Below are positions 1 to 8,653 of a DNA stretch of 64,000 nucleotides, piece by piece. The notes beneath the pieces were generated by a model that ran no database searches, had not been told where the DNA came from, and saw only the letters and a program-made list of their open reading frames with translations. Position 1 is the stretch's first letter; every line of letters begins with the position of its first letter. Origin of the DNA: an uncultured Collinsella sp. GTDB lineage: Bacteria; Actinomycetota; Coriobacteriia; Coriobacteriales; Coriobacteriaceae. Position numbers and translations under genes: made by a program. The DNA is taken from positions 2,460-66,459 of the forward strand of contig CATWID010000007.1 in NCBI GenBank assembly GCA_958350755.1, in the 5' to 3' direction.

Positions 1-64
1 CAATGACAGGAATCTTGTTAGCTACTGCGCCGTTATCTGTGGCGCTTTTTGAAAGGACGAACCT

Positions 65-760
65 ATGAACGATATCCAGGGCTATCAGAACGGCCCCGTC
101 GAGAGCGGCGCAAGCCGCGCCAAGGAGATGTCGCCGCGCGCGTACAATCTCGCCATGTCTGCCCTGATCTTCTTGGGCTTTTGCGCCATGGGCGCCGGCG
201 CCTACTTTACGAGCACCATGTCGTTTGCGCGCATGATGATGAGCGGAGCCGCCTTGCCGCTGGTCTTTGGCTCGTTTATTTTGACCATCGTCGGCATGGT
301 CATGATGTCGGCCGCCGCCAGCAAGCAGTCCGTTGGCCTGTCCCTTGTGGGCTACGCAATCTTTGCGAGTACCTTTGGCCTGACCGCGTCGTTTGGCCTT
401 GCCAACTACGACCTGCCCACCATCAACACTGCCTTTATCGCCACGGCCGCCATCACCTTTGTCTTTGGCGCTTTGGGCGTGACGTTCCCCAAGTTTTTCC
501 AGCGCGTATATGGCATCGGTTTTGGCATTCTGCTCGCCACTATTCTGGTTGAGATCGTGCTGATGTTCATGGGCGTCTCGCAGACCATCACCGATCTGAT
601 CGTGATCGTGGTGTTCGCCGGCTTTATTGGCTACGACACCTATGTTGCCACGACGGTGCCGCCTACGCTGCCCAACGCCGTGCTCATGGCGTCCAATCTG
701 TTCGTGGACATTATCAACGTGTTCCTGCGCATCCTGAACATCCTTGGCCGTCGCGATTAG
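65..760 (+). CDS. Bax inhibitor-1/YccA family membrane protein
   Basis: 231 aa, about 7 hydrophobic segments, C-terminal LFVDIINVFLRILNILG typical of BI-1/YccA; GAAAGGA SD upstream. Confidence 0.85.
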   Translation: MNDIQGYQNGPVESGASRAKEMSPRAYNLAMSALIFLGFCAMGAGAYFTSTMSFARMMMSGAALPLVFGSFILTIVGMVMMSAAASKQSVGLSLVGYAIFASTFGLTASFGLANYDLPTINTAFIATAAITFVFGALGVTFPKFFQRVYGIGFGILLATILVEIVLMFMGVSQTITDLIVIVVFAGFIGYDTYVATTVPPTLPNAVLMASNLFVDIINVFLRILNILGRRD

Positions 761-783
761 TGGCGAATTGCGGCGGTGCTTGC

Positions 784-812
784 CGTGCGTGCAAATCGAT
801 GCGAAAGGCGGT
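784..812 (+). terminator. Intrinsic terminator
   Basis: aaaggcggtcc-ttcg-gggccgtc followed by a T run. Confidence 0.8.
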
Positions 813-897
813 CCTTCGGGGCCGTCTTTTTTGTACGCGGCGGGGTATCATGGATGGGAAAAGCCGATAGCGGCAGCGACAGGAAAGGTGGCCACGT

Positions 898-2028
898 ATG
901 GCAGACGTCGACAACAGGAACCGTAACCGCAGGTCCAACCGAGCGGGTCAGCCCAATCCCAAGCGCGAGGCCCGTGCTAAGGCCGCCGAGCGTCACGTGG
1001 CAACTGTGTCCGAAGCGTGCGCCAAGGATATCGAGCGTTCGCTTGCCGGTGTTCGCGAGTTTGACGGTATGCCTGCCGGCTTTGTCGCGGCGATGAAGGC
1101 CAAGGCCCAAGCGGCTGCGGCTGCCGAGGAGCCGGTTGCCGAGGAGTCTGAGTCCGTCGAGGTCGAGGCCGCTGAGGTTGCGTCCGTCGAGACCGAGGTC
1201 ACGGACGAGTCTGCGCCTGCCGAGAAACCCGCAGAGACCGAGTCCGCGCCTGCCGAGGAGCCCGCTCCGACCCTGCCCGAGGTCACCGTGCTTGATGCCT
1301 CCGCCACGCAGGCCATTCTGGACAACGGCCGTGGCTATGCGCAGTTCTGCGACATGGCAGTGCTTGCCTTTGCCTCGTTCACCAACCCGGGTGGCGGCTA
1401 CATCCAGGGCTATCTGGGCCAGGAGGCTACGCTCTGCGCCGATTCGTATCTGTACAACGTGCTCGACAAGCAGCGCAAGTGGTATGGCGAGAACCGTCGC
1501 CGCAATATCAACTGCGAGCTCTACCGCAACCGTGCGCTGGTAGTGCCTGCGGTGCGTTTTGACCGCAACCACGTGCATGCGTATGCCGATGTGATCGTGG
1601 CCGCCGCGCCCAATGCCAAGCGCGCACGCCAGGAGTACCGCGTGAGCGACGATGCGCTGCTGGACGCGCTGCGCGACCGTATCCGCTTTGTGCTCGCCAT
1701 CTGCGACGAGCTGGGTCGCGAGAAGCTCGTACTGGGCGCTTGGGGCTGCGACAACAACGGTTTTGATGCCGAGGCCGTGGCCGAGATTTTCCGCAAGGAG
1801 CTCGCATCGGGCGACTTCAAGGTCAAGCAAGTCTTCTTTGCCGTGCCTTCTACGCGCTGGGATGAGGATTTTGCCAAGTTCGAGCACGTGCTGGCAAACT
1901 TCCCCGAGCGCAACGAGGAGTCCTATGCCCAGGTTGCCGCTCGCGCTGCGGCAGCTCGCGCCGCCGAGCAGGCCCAGGCTGCTACCGAGGATGATGAGGA
2001 CGAGGACGATTGGCGCAAGTACCTGTAA
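898..2028 (+). CDS. TIGR02452/DUF2263 PARG-like macrodomain protein with acidic low-complexity N-terminal extension
   Basis: FASFTNPGGGYIQGYLGQEA, VIVAAAPN and LVLGAWGC motifs; GAAAGG SD. Confidence 0.8.
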   Translation: MADVDNRNRNRRSNRAGQPNPKREARAKAAERHVATVSEACAKDIERSLAGVREFDGMPAGFVAAMKAKAQAAAAAEEPVAEESESVEVEAAEVASVETEVTDESAPAEKPAETESAPAEEPAPTLPEVTVLDASATQAILDNGRGYAQFCDMAVLAFASFTNPGGGYIQGYLGQEATLCADSYLYNVLDKQRKWYGENRRRNINCELYRNRALVVPAVRFDRNHVHAYADVIVAAAPNAKRARQEYRVSDDALLDALRDRIRFVLAICDELGREKLVLGAWGCDNNGFDAEAVAEIFRKELASGDFKVKQVFFAVPSTRWDEDFAKFEHVLANFPERNEESYAQVAARAAAARAAEQAQAATEDDEDEDDWRKYL

Positions 2029-2053
2029 TCGGTACGTGCTGACAGATAGGTCG

Positions 2054-2087
2054 AGCCGACGGGAGAGGCTGCTTCCGTCGGCTTTTT
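2054..2087 (+). terminator. Intrinsic terminator
   Basis: agccgacgg...ccgtcggct hairpin followed by TTTT. Confidence 0.7.
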
Positions 2088-2106
2088 ACTGAGCGAGGGG
2101 CTTACG

Positions 2107-2766
2107 ATGAAAAACGTTCTATGCTTTGGCGACAGCAACACCTATGGTTACGATCCGGCGGGCATGCGCGACGGCACCGCGGTGCGCTATGCGCAGGATG
2201 TGCGCTGGTGCGGCGTGGCCCAACGTGACTTAGGCGAGGGCTGGCATGTAATTGAAGAAGGCCTCAACGGCCGCACGACGGTACGCGACGACATGTGCCA
2301 TCTGGACACCAATCTTAACGGCATCCGCGCACTTCCGATGCTGCTCGAGGCCCATAAGCCGCTGGACGCCATTGTGATCATGCTGGGCACCAACGACTGT
2401 AAGACGGTCTTTGGCGTGACAGCTTCCGATATCGCCCGTGGTGCCATGGCGTTGATTCGCGCCGTCCGTGCGTTTGCCTGGACCGATGCCGCGCCCTGCC
2501 CACGGATTCTGCTGATGGCACCTATCAAGATTAAGCCGCAGATCGCCGATGTATATATGACCGACTTTGACGAGCATTCCGTAGAAGCCTCGGAACATTT
2601 TGGTGAGTACTACGCGCATGTGGCTGAGCAGTTTGGCTGCGACTTTTTGAATGCCGCCGATTATGCAGAGCCGGGCGATATCGACTATCTGCATATGATG
2701 CCCGAAAGCCACGAGAGCTTGGGACATGCCGTGGCAGCCAAGCTCCAAGAGATGCTCGGTGAGTAG
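2107..2766 (+). CDS. SGNH/GDSL hydrolase (arylesterase-like)
   Basis: FGDSNTYG, EEGLNGRT, MLGTND and DYLH blocks. Confidence 0.9.
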   Translation: MKNVLCFGDSNTYGYDPAGMRDGTAVRYAQDVRWCGVAQRDLGEGWHVIEEGLNGRTTVRDDMCHLDTNLNGIRALPMLLEAHKPLDAIVIMLGTNDCKTVFGVTASDIARGAMALIRAVRAFAWTDAAPCPRILLMAPIKIKPQIADVYMTDFDEHSVEASEHFGEYYAHVAEQFGCDFLNAADYAEPGDIDYLHMMPESHESLGHAVAAKLQEMLGE

Positions 2767-2775
2767 CGCGAGCCC

Positions 2776-3093
2776 AAGCCACCGCAAAGGTGCCTGCCCC
2801 CTTTGCGGTGGCTTTGGATCGTTTGTTTGTCTTGATCTGTAACAGTTGTAAGGTCGAAAACGGGCTAGATGTTACAGATTGAGATTATTTAGGTCGATAT
2901 CGGTCGTTTGTCTCGATCTGTAACATCTAGGGTCGATTTTGCCGAGTTACTGTTACAGATTGAGATTATCTTCTCAGCGGAATTTGAATGTCTCGATCTG
3001 TAACAGGTGGGCCGAAAAATGGGCTCTAACTGTTACAGATCGAGATGTTTGTGGGAGCCACCGCAAAGGTGCCTGCCCCCTTTGCGGTGGCTC
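2776..3093. repeat. Composite intergenic repeat: two REP-like hairpins flanking six 15-bp motifs in alternating orientation
   Basis: 37-bp direct repeat at 2777-2813 and 3056-3092; TCTYGATCTGTAACA at 2830, 2911, 2991; TGTTACAGATYGAGA at 2870, 2951, 3031. Confidence 0.9.
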
Positions 3094-3106
3094 TGGGCTG
3101 TGAATC

Positions 3107-3937
3107 TTAATACTGCCACATGTGGTTGACGGGGCCGGAACCTTTGCCCATGTCAAAGCCAGCGGCGAGAGCGCCTGTCAGGTATGCCTTGCCCGCATTG
3201 ACGGCGTCGGCAAGATCCATGCCCTGGGCCAGCGCGCAGGCGATGGCGGACGAAAGCGTGCAGCCGGTGCCGTGTGTGTTGTCGGTCTCGATGCGCTTGT
3301 GGCGGAACCACGTGGTGAGCGGATCGCCCAGATGGTTGCCCTCGTCATCGAGTGGCGCGGGTTCGGCCAATACATCGTTGGCCTCGTTGACAAGATGCCC
3401 ACCCTTAACGAGGGATGCGCAACCAAAGCGGCGGGTGAGGAGCATGGCAGCATTTTGCTGTGTGCGCTCGGAGTCGACCTCGTAGTCAAGCAGGGCCATG
3501 GCCTCGGGAATATTGGGCGTGATGACGGTTGCTAGTGGGAACAGGCGGCGGGTGAGCGCCTCGGCGGCATCTTCGGCAATCAGCCGTGCGCCCGAGGTGG
3601 CTACCATGACGGGGTCGACGACCACGTTTGTCGCGTTCCAGGCGCTCAGGCGGTCGGCGATAACCTCGATAATCTCGGCAGAGGAAACCATGCCGATCTT
3701 GACGGCGCTGGGGCGGATATCGTCAAATACGGCGTCGATCTGCGCAGCGACGATATCAGGGGAGATATTCTGCACGGCGGTGACACCCAGTGTGTTTTGT
3801 GCGGTGATGGCGGTGATGGCCGTCTCGGCATACAGGCGGTGCGCCGTGATGGTCTTGATGTCGGCCTGAATGCCGGCGCCACCGCTGGAATCGGATCCTG
3901 CGATGGATAAAACGGCAGGTACCTTACTGCGATCCAT
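3107..3937 (-). CDS. thiD: Hydroxymethylpyrimidine/phosphomethylpyrimidine kinase
   Basis: IAGSDSSGGAGIQADIKT, VDPVMVATSG and THGTGCTLSSA motifs. Confidence 0.95.
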   Translation of the reverse strand: MDRSKVPAVLSIAGSDSSGGAGIQADIKTITAHRLYAETAITAITAQNTLGVTAVQNISPDIVAAQIDAVFDDIRPSAVKIGMVSSAEIIEVIADRLSAWNATNVVVDPVMVATSGARLIAEDAAEALTRRLFPLATVITPNIPEAMALLDYEVDSERTQQNAAMLLTRRFGCASLVKGGHLVNEANDVLAEPAPLDDEGNHLGDPLTTWFRHKRIETDNTHGTGCTLSSAIACALAQGMDLADAVNAGKAYLTGALAAGFDMGKGSGPVNHMWQY

Positions 3938-4115
3938 GTTTGCTCCCTTGTTCGGTCGGAATCAAATGGGTCTTTAAGCCAGCATTATAAAGATGCCCGG
4001 GCCGACTCTATGTCGAACCCGGGCGGGCGATGCAATCTTTACGCAAATGTAAGCAAATGTTCACACGTCAACAATTGACGAACACCATGTTACCGATTGT
4101 GGCTCCGGTGACGAG

Positions 4116-5450
4116 TTAGTCCTCCATGCCGAGGTCGATCGTCGTGCCTTCGAACACCTTGTTAACGGTGCGGACGGCGCACATCTTGCCACACATGGTG
4201 CAGGTGCCCTCGGTGGCGGCGGGGGACTCCTCGTAGCGCTTCTTACCGGTGACCGGGTCGAGAGCACACTCCCACATGGCATCCCAGTCGAGCTTGCGGC
4301 GTGCCTGACCCATCTTGTCGTCCATATCGCGGGCGTGCGGCACCTTTTTGGCGATATCGGCGGCGTGTGCGGCGATCTTGGTGGCCATGAGGCCGTCGAG
4401 CACATCCTGGGCGTTAGGCAGGCATAGGTGCTCGGCCGGTGTCACGTAGCACAGGAAGTCGGCACCGGAGCTGGCGGAGATAGCGCCGCCGATGGCAGCG
4501 GTGATGTGGTCGTAGCCCACGCCGATATCGGTCACCAGCGGCCCGAGCACATAGAACGGGGCGTTGTGGCACAGGCGCTTCTGCAGTTTCATGTTGGCGG
4601 CGATCTCGTCGAGCGCCATGTGACCCGGGCCCTCGACCATGACTTGGACGCCGGCGGCCCAGGCGCGCTTGCACAGCTTGCCCAGCTCGATCATCTCGGC
4701 GGTCTCGGTGGCGTCATTGGAGTCGTAGAGACAGCCCGGGCGGCAGGAGTCGCCGAGCGAGATGGTCACGTCGTACTCGTGGCAGATCTCGAGCAGCTCG
4801 TCAAAGTACTCGTAGAAGGGGTTTTCGTTGCCGGTAACCTCCATCCAGCCAAATAGCAGCGAGCCGCCGCGGCTGACGATGTTCATGAGGCGGCCGGTCT
4901 CCTTAAAGGTCTTGGTGACCGATTTGTTGATGCCGCAGTGGATGGTCATAAAGTCCACGCCGTCCTCGGCGTGCGCGCGCACGACCTCGAACAGGTCGTC
5001 CTTGGTGAGCTTGACCAGCGGCTTTTCCATGTAGCCGATGGCGTCGTACATGGGGACGGTGCCTACCATGAGCGGCGTCTCGTCGATGAGCTGCTGGCGG
5101 AACTGGCGCGTTTTGCCCGAGTTGGAAAGGTCCATGATGGCGTCGGCGCCAAAGTCCTCGGCGATCTTGACCTTCTTCCATTCCTCGGCGGCATCGGCCT
5201 TGTCGCCCGAGATGCCCAGGTTGACGTTGACCTTGGTGGACAGGCCCTCGCCGACACCAAAGGCGCGCATGCCCTTTTTGATATGCACGATGTTGGCGGG
5301 AATGGCGATGCGGCCGTCGGCCACGCGCTCGCGGATGTACTCGGGGTCGCGATGCTCGCGCTCGGCGACTTCCTTCATCTGCGGCGTGATCTGCCCGGCG
5401 CGGGCGAAGTCGATTTGCGTGACGAGCTTGGGCTCGGTCTGTGTGCTCAT
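4116..5450 (-). CDS. thiC: Phosphomethylpyrimidine synthase
   Basis: KVNVNLG, VSRGGS, EGPGH, YDHIT and CTMCGKMC motifs; start placed at ATG 5450, just after the riboswitch SD. Confidence 0.95.
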   Translation of the reverse strand: MSTQTEPKLVTQIDFARAGQITPQMKEVAEREHRDPEYIRERVADGRIAIPANIVHIKKGMRAFGVGEGLSTKVNVNLGISGDKADAAEEWKKVKIAEDFGADAIMDLSNSGKTRQFRQQLIDETPLMVGTVPMYDAIGYMEKPLVKLTKDDLFEVVRAHAEDGVDFMTIHCGINKSVTKTFKETGRLMNIVSRGGSLLFGWMEVTGNENPFYEYFDELLEICHEYDVTISLGDSCRPGCLYDSNDATETAEMIELGKLCKRAWAAGVQVMVEGPGHMALDEIAANMKLQKRLCHNAPFYVLGPLVTDIGVGYDHITAAIGGAISASSGADFLCYVTPAEHLCLPNAQDVLDGLMATKIAAHAADIAKKVPHARDMDDKMGQARRKLDWDAMWECALDPVTGKKRYEESPAATEGTCTMCGKMCAVRTVNKVFEGTTIDLGMED

Positions 5451-5454
5451 TGGC

Positions 5455-5555
5455 ACGGCTCCCTTCGTTGGCATTACCCATATCAGGTTTGCGGGTCAGG
5501 GCGGGCGCGCCCAATCTCAGCCTGTCGTCTTGTCCTGCAAGCTCCCCGTTATGTC
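5455..5555 (-). ncRNA. TPP riboswitch, probably translational (SD lies in the 3' strand of the aptamer)
   Basis: Minus strand reads ggggagc...ggCTGAGA...ACCC...aaCCTGAT.tgGGTAATGCCAaCGAAGGGA directly before the thiC ATG. Confidence 0.92.
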
Positions 5556-5620
5556 ATGGGCTCAAGTATAGCCTGAATGGGTACGATTGGGCCAACGAGC
5601 GTGCCTGTGGGGAGGCGAAC

Positions 5621-6136
5621 ATGGAAGACAAGCATCTATATCGAGAGACGCAATGGGATGTATCGGCCGAGGAAAGCCGTGCGCACCATGGCCTTGTCGC
5701 GATTGGCTTTGCGGTGCTTGCCGTGCTGGTGATTGCCTTTTGTATCTGGACGTATGGTGGTCGCGGCGGCGCTGCCTGGGAGTTTGAGGCCGACGATGCC
5801 CTGCCGATCATGACGGTGAAGGTCGCTGGTGGTAACACGGTGGCCGCGCCGGGCGACTATTGGTATCCGCGCGACGAGTTTGTGCAGCTGCAGCTGAGCG
5901 GTGGCTCCATTCCTGGTGAAGAGATCGAGCGCGTGACCTTCGATGCGTCGCTTAAGACGCTGTCGGTCGAGCTCAAAGATCAGGGGGACGTTCCCACGAC
6001 CATGGACATTGCGCTGACGGAATGGCGCCTGGAGCCTCCGACGGGTGTTGCGGTGTCCGAGGTTGAGCATGTCAAGATTACCTATCAGGACGGCTCGACA
6101 AATGAAATTGCCAAAGCCGACGGCTTGGCGGAATAG
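5621..6136 (+). CDS. Hypothetical single-pass membrane protein
   Basis: GGGGAGG SD before ATG 5621; one N-terminal hydrophobic segment followed by a beta-rich-looking domain. Confidence 0.7.
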   Translation: MEDKHLYRETQWDVSAEESRAHHGLVAIGFAVLAVLVIAFCIWTYGGRGGAAWEFEADDALPIMTVKVAGGNTVAAPGDYWYPRDEFVQLQLSGGSIPGEEIERVTFDASLKTLSVELKDQGDVPTTMDIALTEWRLEPPTGVAVSEVEHVKITYQDGSTNEIAKADGLAE

Positions 6137-6176
6137 ACGCCGTGCCTAGGCGGCACATTCAAAAGTAGCGGTGATC

Positions 6177-6986
6177 CTACAAGGCCTGTTCGTTCAGGAA
6201 GACCAAAGTGCTCTTATTTGAAAGCTCGGGAAAGTGGCGATAACCAACGTCGAACGCGGTGAGCCCGCTTACATCCTCGAGCTTGTTTTCTGCCATCCAG
6301 CGCACCATGGAGCCGCGTGCCTTTTTGCTGGCGGTCGAGCGCTGGATGGGCTTGCCGTTGCGGATGCCTTCGCCAAAGAGGCATGTGACGACCGTGGCAT
6401 CGGTGGTGAGGCGGGGCAGAACGGCTTTGGCGTATTCCGCGCTGGCGAGGTTGACGATCGTAGCGTTGGAGCCCGCCGGAGCGATGGCCCGTGCGAGCTT
6501 GTCGCCCCAAAACGCATACAGGTCTCGGGCATCGTCGACGGCAAGCTTCGCGCCCATCTCCAGCCGATACGGTTCAACGGCATGAAAGGGGCGTACGCAT
6601 CCGTAAAGGCCCGAGAGGATCCACAGATGGTCTTGCAGCCATGCGAGCTGCGCGGAATCCATCACCTCGGGCGCCATGCTCTGGTATTGGATGCCGTGAT
6701 AGGACATGACGGCAGGGGAGAGGTGACGGGCTAGTGCGGGATTGTCGAGATCGCCGTTTTTCAGGATGGGCCCAAACTCATGCAGGGTGTTGAGGCAAGG
6801 TCCCAGCAGTTTATCACTCACGTTCCAGAGCGCCTGCAGACCTCCGCTGCCTTCATTCCGCTCGATATCTAGCAGTACGCGGTGGAGGCGAGCCGTCTCG
6901 TGCGCAAAAGGTGGAATGCCCAGGACTTCAAAAGCATCTTGGGCCGCACGCATCTGCTTGGCGGGCGAAATGATGACCTGCAGCAT
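6177..6986 (-). CDS. yaaA: Peroxide stress protein YaaA (UPF0246)
   Basis: IISPAKQM, ILSGLYG, PYRLEMG, VNLASAEY and KKARG motifs. Confidence 0.9.
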   Translation of the reverse strand: MLQVIISPAKQMRAAQDAFEVLGIPPFAHETARLHRVLLDIERNEGSGGLQALWNVSDKLLGPCLNTLHEFGPILKNGDLDNPALARHLSPAVMSYHGIQYQSMAPEVMDSAQLAWLQDHLWILSGLYGCVRPFHAVEPYRLEMGAKLAVDDARDLYAFWGDKLARAIAPAGSNATIVNLASAEYAKAVLPRLTTDATVVTCLFGEGIRNGKPIQRSTASKKARGSMVRWMAENKLEDVSGLTAFDVGYRHFPELSNKSTLVFLNEQAL

Positions 6987-7009
6987 GGACTCTCCTCTGC
7001 CAAAAAGGA

Positions 7010-7076
7010 AGTTGCGGTGGAATACGGTCTGTTTTGGCCGTTTATGGGCCAGTTTAGTCCGTATTTCACCGCAACT
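7010..7076. repeat. Palindromic repeat, AGTTGCGGTGRAATA family, copy 1
   Basis: agttgcggtggaatacgg ... ccgtatttcaccgcaact; homologous to 27816-27886. Confidence 0.8.
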
Positions 7077-7089
7077 GATGAAGGGTTGG

Positions 7090-8487
7090 TTAGGCGCGCT
7101 CGATGAAGGCCTTGTAGCCGCGATAGGCCTCGTAGATGTCGGCCTTGTTGGCGACCTCCCACAGGGCGTGCATGGACAGGACGGCAACACCGGAGTCGAT
7201 GACGTTCATGCCGTACTTGGCCATGATGTAGGCGATGGTGCCACCGCCGCCCGCGTTGACGCGACCGAGCTCGCAGGTCTGGAAGTCCACACCGGCCTCG
7301 TCCATGATGTCGCGGATGAGGGCCACATACTCGGCGTCGGCGTCGTTAGAGCCGCCCTTGCCGCGGCTGCCCGTGTACTTGTTAAAGCACAGGCCGCGAC
7401 CCATAAAGGCTGCGTTCTTGGTTTCGAACTTGCCGGCGTAGCCCGGGTCGAAGCCGGCGGACACGTCGGAGGAGAGCATGCGGCTGCGGGCGAGCGCGCG
7501 GCGCAGGGCCAGCGGGCTATCCTCGCCGGCGAGCGTCATGATCTCGGCGACGGTGTTCTCGAAGAAGCGGCTCGTCATGCCGGTGGCACCTACGGAACCG
7601 ATCTCCTCCTTGTCGACGATGAGTGTGATGCTCGTGCGCTCCACGTTGGCGACGTTGATCTGGGCGAGCATGGACGGATAGGCGCAGACACGGTCGTCGT
7701 GGCCATAGCCCAGAATCATGGAGCGGTCGAGGCCCATGTCACGGGCGGGGCCGGCGGGCACGACCTCGATCTCGGCGGAGAGGAAGTCCTCCTCCTCGAC
7801 GTCGTACTGCTCCTTGAGGATATCCAGGAACATCTGCTTGACGGGCTCCTTGGGAGCGTCCTTGTCGTCCTCGTCAAACTTGACGGGGCGGCCGCCCACG
7901 ATCACGTCGAGGATCTCGGCGTCGACGGCGTCCTTGGCGGGCTTGGCCATCTGCTCGCTCGAGAGGTGGATCAGCAGGTCGGAGATGGTAAAGACCGGGT
8001 CGTCGGCCTTGTCACCGATGTTGATGTCGACGGTGGTGCCGTCCTTTTTGCAGATGACGCCCACGAGTGCGAGCGGGGAAGCGACCCAGTGGTAGCTCTT
8101 GACGCCGCCATAGTAGTGCGTGTCGAGATAAGCCATGTCGCCGGCCTCGAAGGCGGGGTTCTGCTTGAGGTCCAGGCGCGGCGAGTCCACGTGGGCGCCC
8201 AGGATGTTAAAGCCCTGCTCGAGCGGGGCGGTGCCCAGGTTGACGAGCATGAGGTCCTTGCCGTGATTAGCGGCGTACACCTTGTCGCCCGCCTTGAGCG
8301 TGCGGCCCTCGGCAATCACGGTCTCCAGATTGACGTAGCCCGCCTCCTCGGCCATCTTGATACCGGTCTTGACGCACAGGCGCTCGGTCTTGTTCTCGCT
8401 CAAAAACTGCTTATAGCCGCGGCAAAGCTCCTCGAGCTCCTCGATCTGCTGTGGCGTGTACTTTTTCCATGCGCAGGGACGCTCCAT
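7090..8487 (-). CDS. M18 family aminopeptidase
   Basis: GAHVDSPRLDLK, HYYGG, GHDDRVC, DKEEIGS and LSMH motifs. Confidence 0.92.
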   Translation of the reverse strand: MERPCAWKKYTPQQIEELEELCRGYKQFLSENKTERLCVKTGIKMAEEAGYVNLETVIAEGRTLKAGDKVYAANHGKDLMLVNLGTAPLEQGFNILGAHVDSPRLDLKQNPAFEAGDMAYLDTHYYGGVKSYHWVASPLALVGVICKKDGTTVDINIGDKADDPVFTISDLLIHLSSEQMAKPAKDAVDAEILDVIVGGRPVKFDEDDKDAPKEPVKQMFLDILKEQYDVEEEDFLSAEIEVVPAGPARDMGLDRSMILGYGHDDRVCAYPSMLAQINVANVERTSITLIVDKEEIGSVGATGMTSRFFENTVAEIMTLAGEDSPLALRRALARSRMLSSDVSAGFDPGYAGKFETKNAAFMGRGLCFNKYTGSRGKGGSNDADAEYVALIRDIMDEAGVDFQTCELGRVNAGGGGTIAYIMAKYGMNVIDSGVAVLSMHALWEVANKADIYEAYRGYKAFIERA

Positions 8488-8653
8488 GACGCAGGCTCCT
8501 TTCGGATCGATCGTGCTGGTTGATGTACCGTGAGCCATCGTATCACGCTCGGGCCCGCGACGGCAGGGAAGCCTGATGTGCGGTGGCCGTGGGGCGGGGA
8601 GCGTGTAAACTGGTGGGAGCAAATCGTGCCCAGCCCAAAGCGAGGTATTCAAT

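Noticed and set aside
2830..3045. CRISPR array
   Set aside because: Repeats are only 15 bp, alternate in orientation, have mutually related spacers, and no cas genes are in the window
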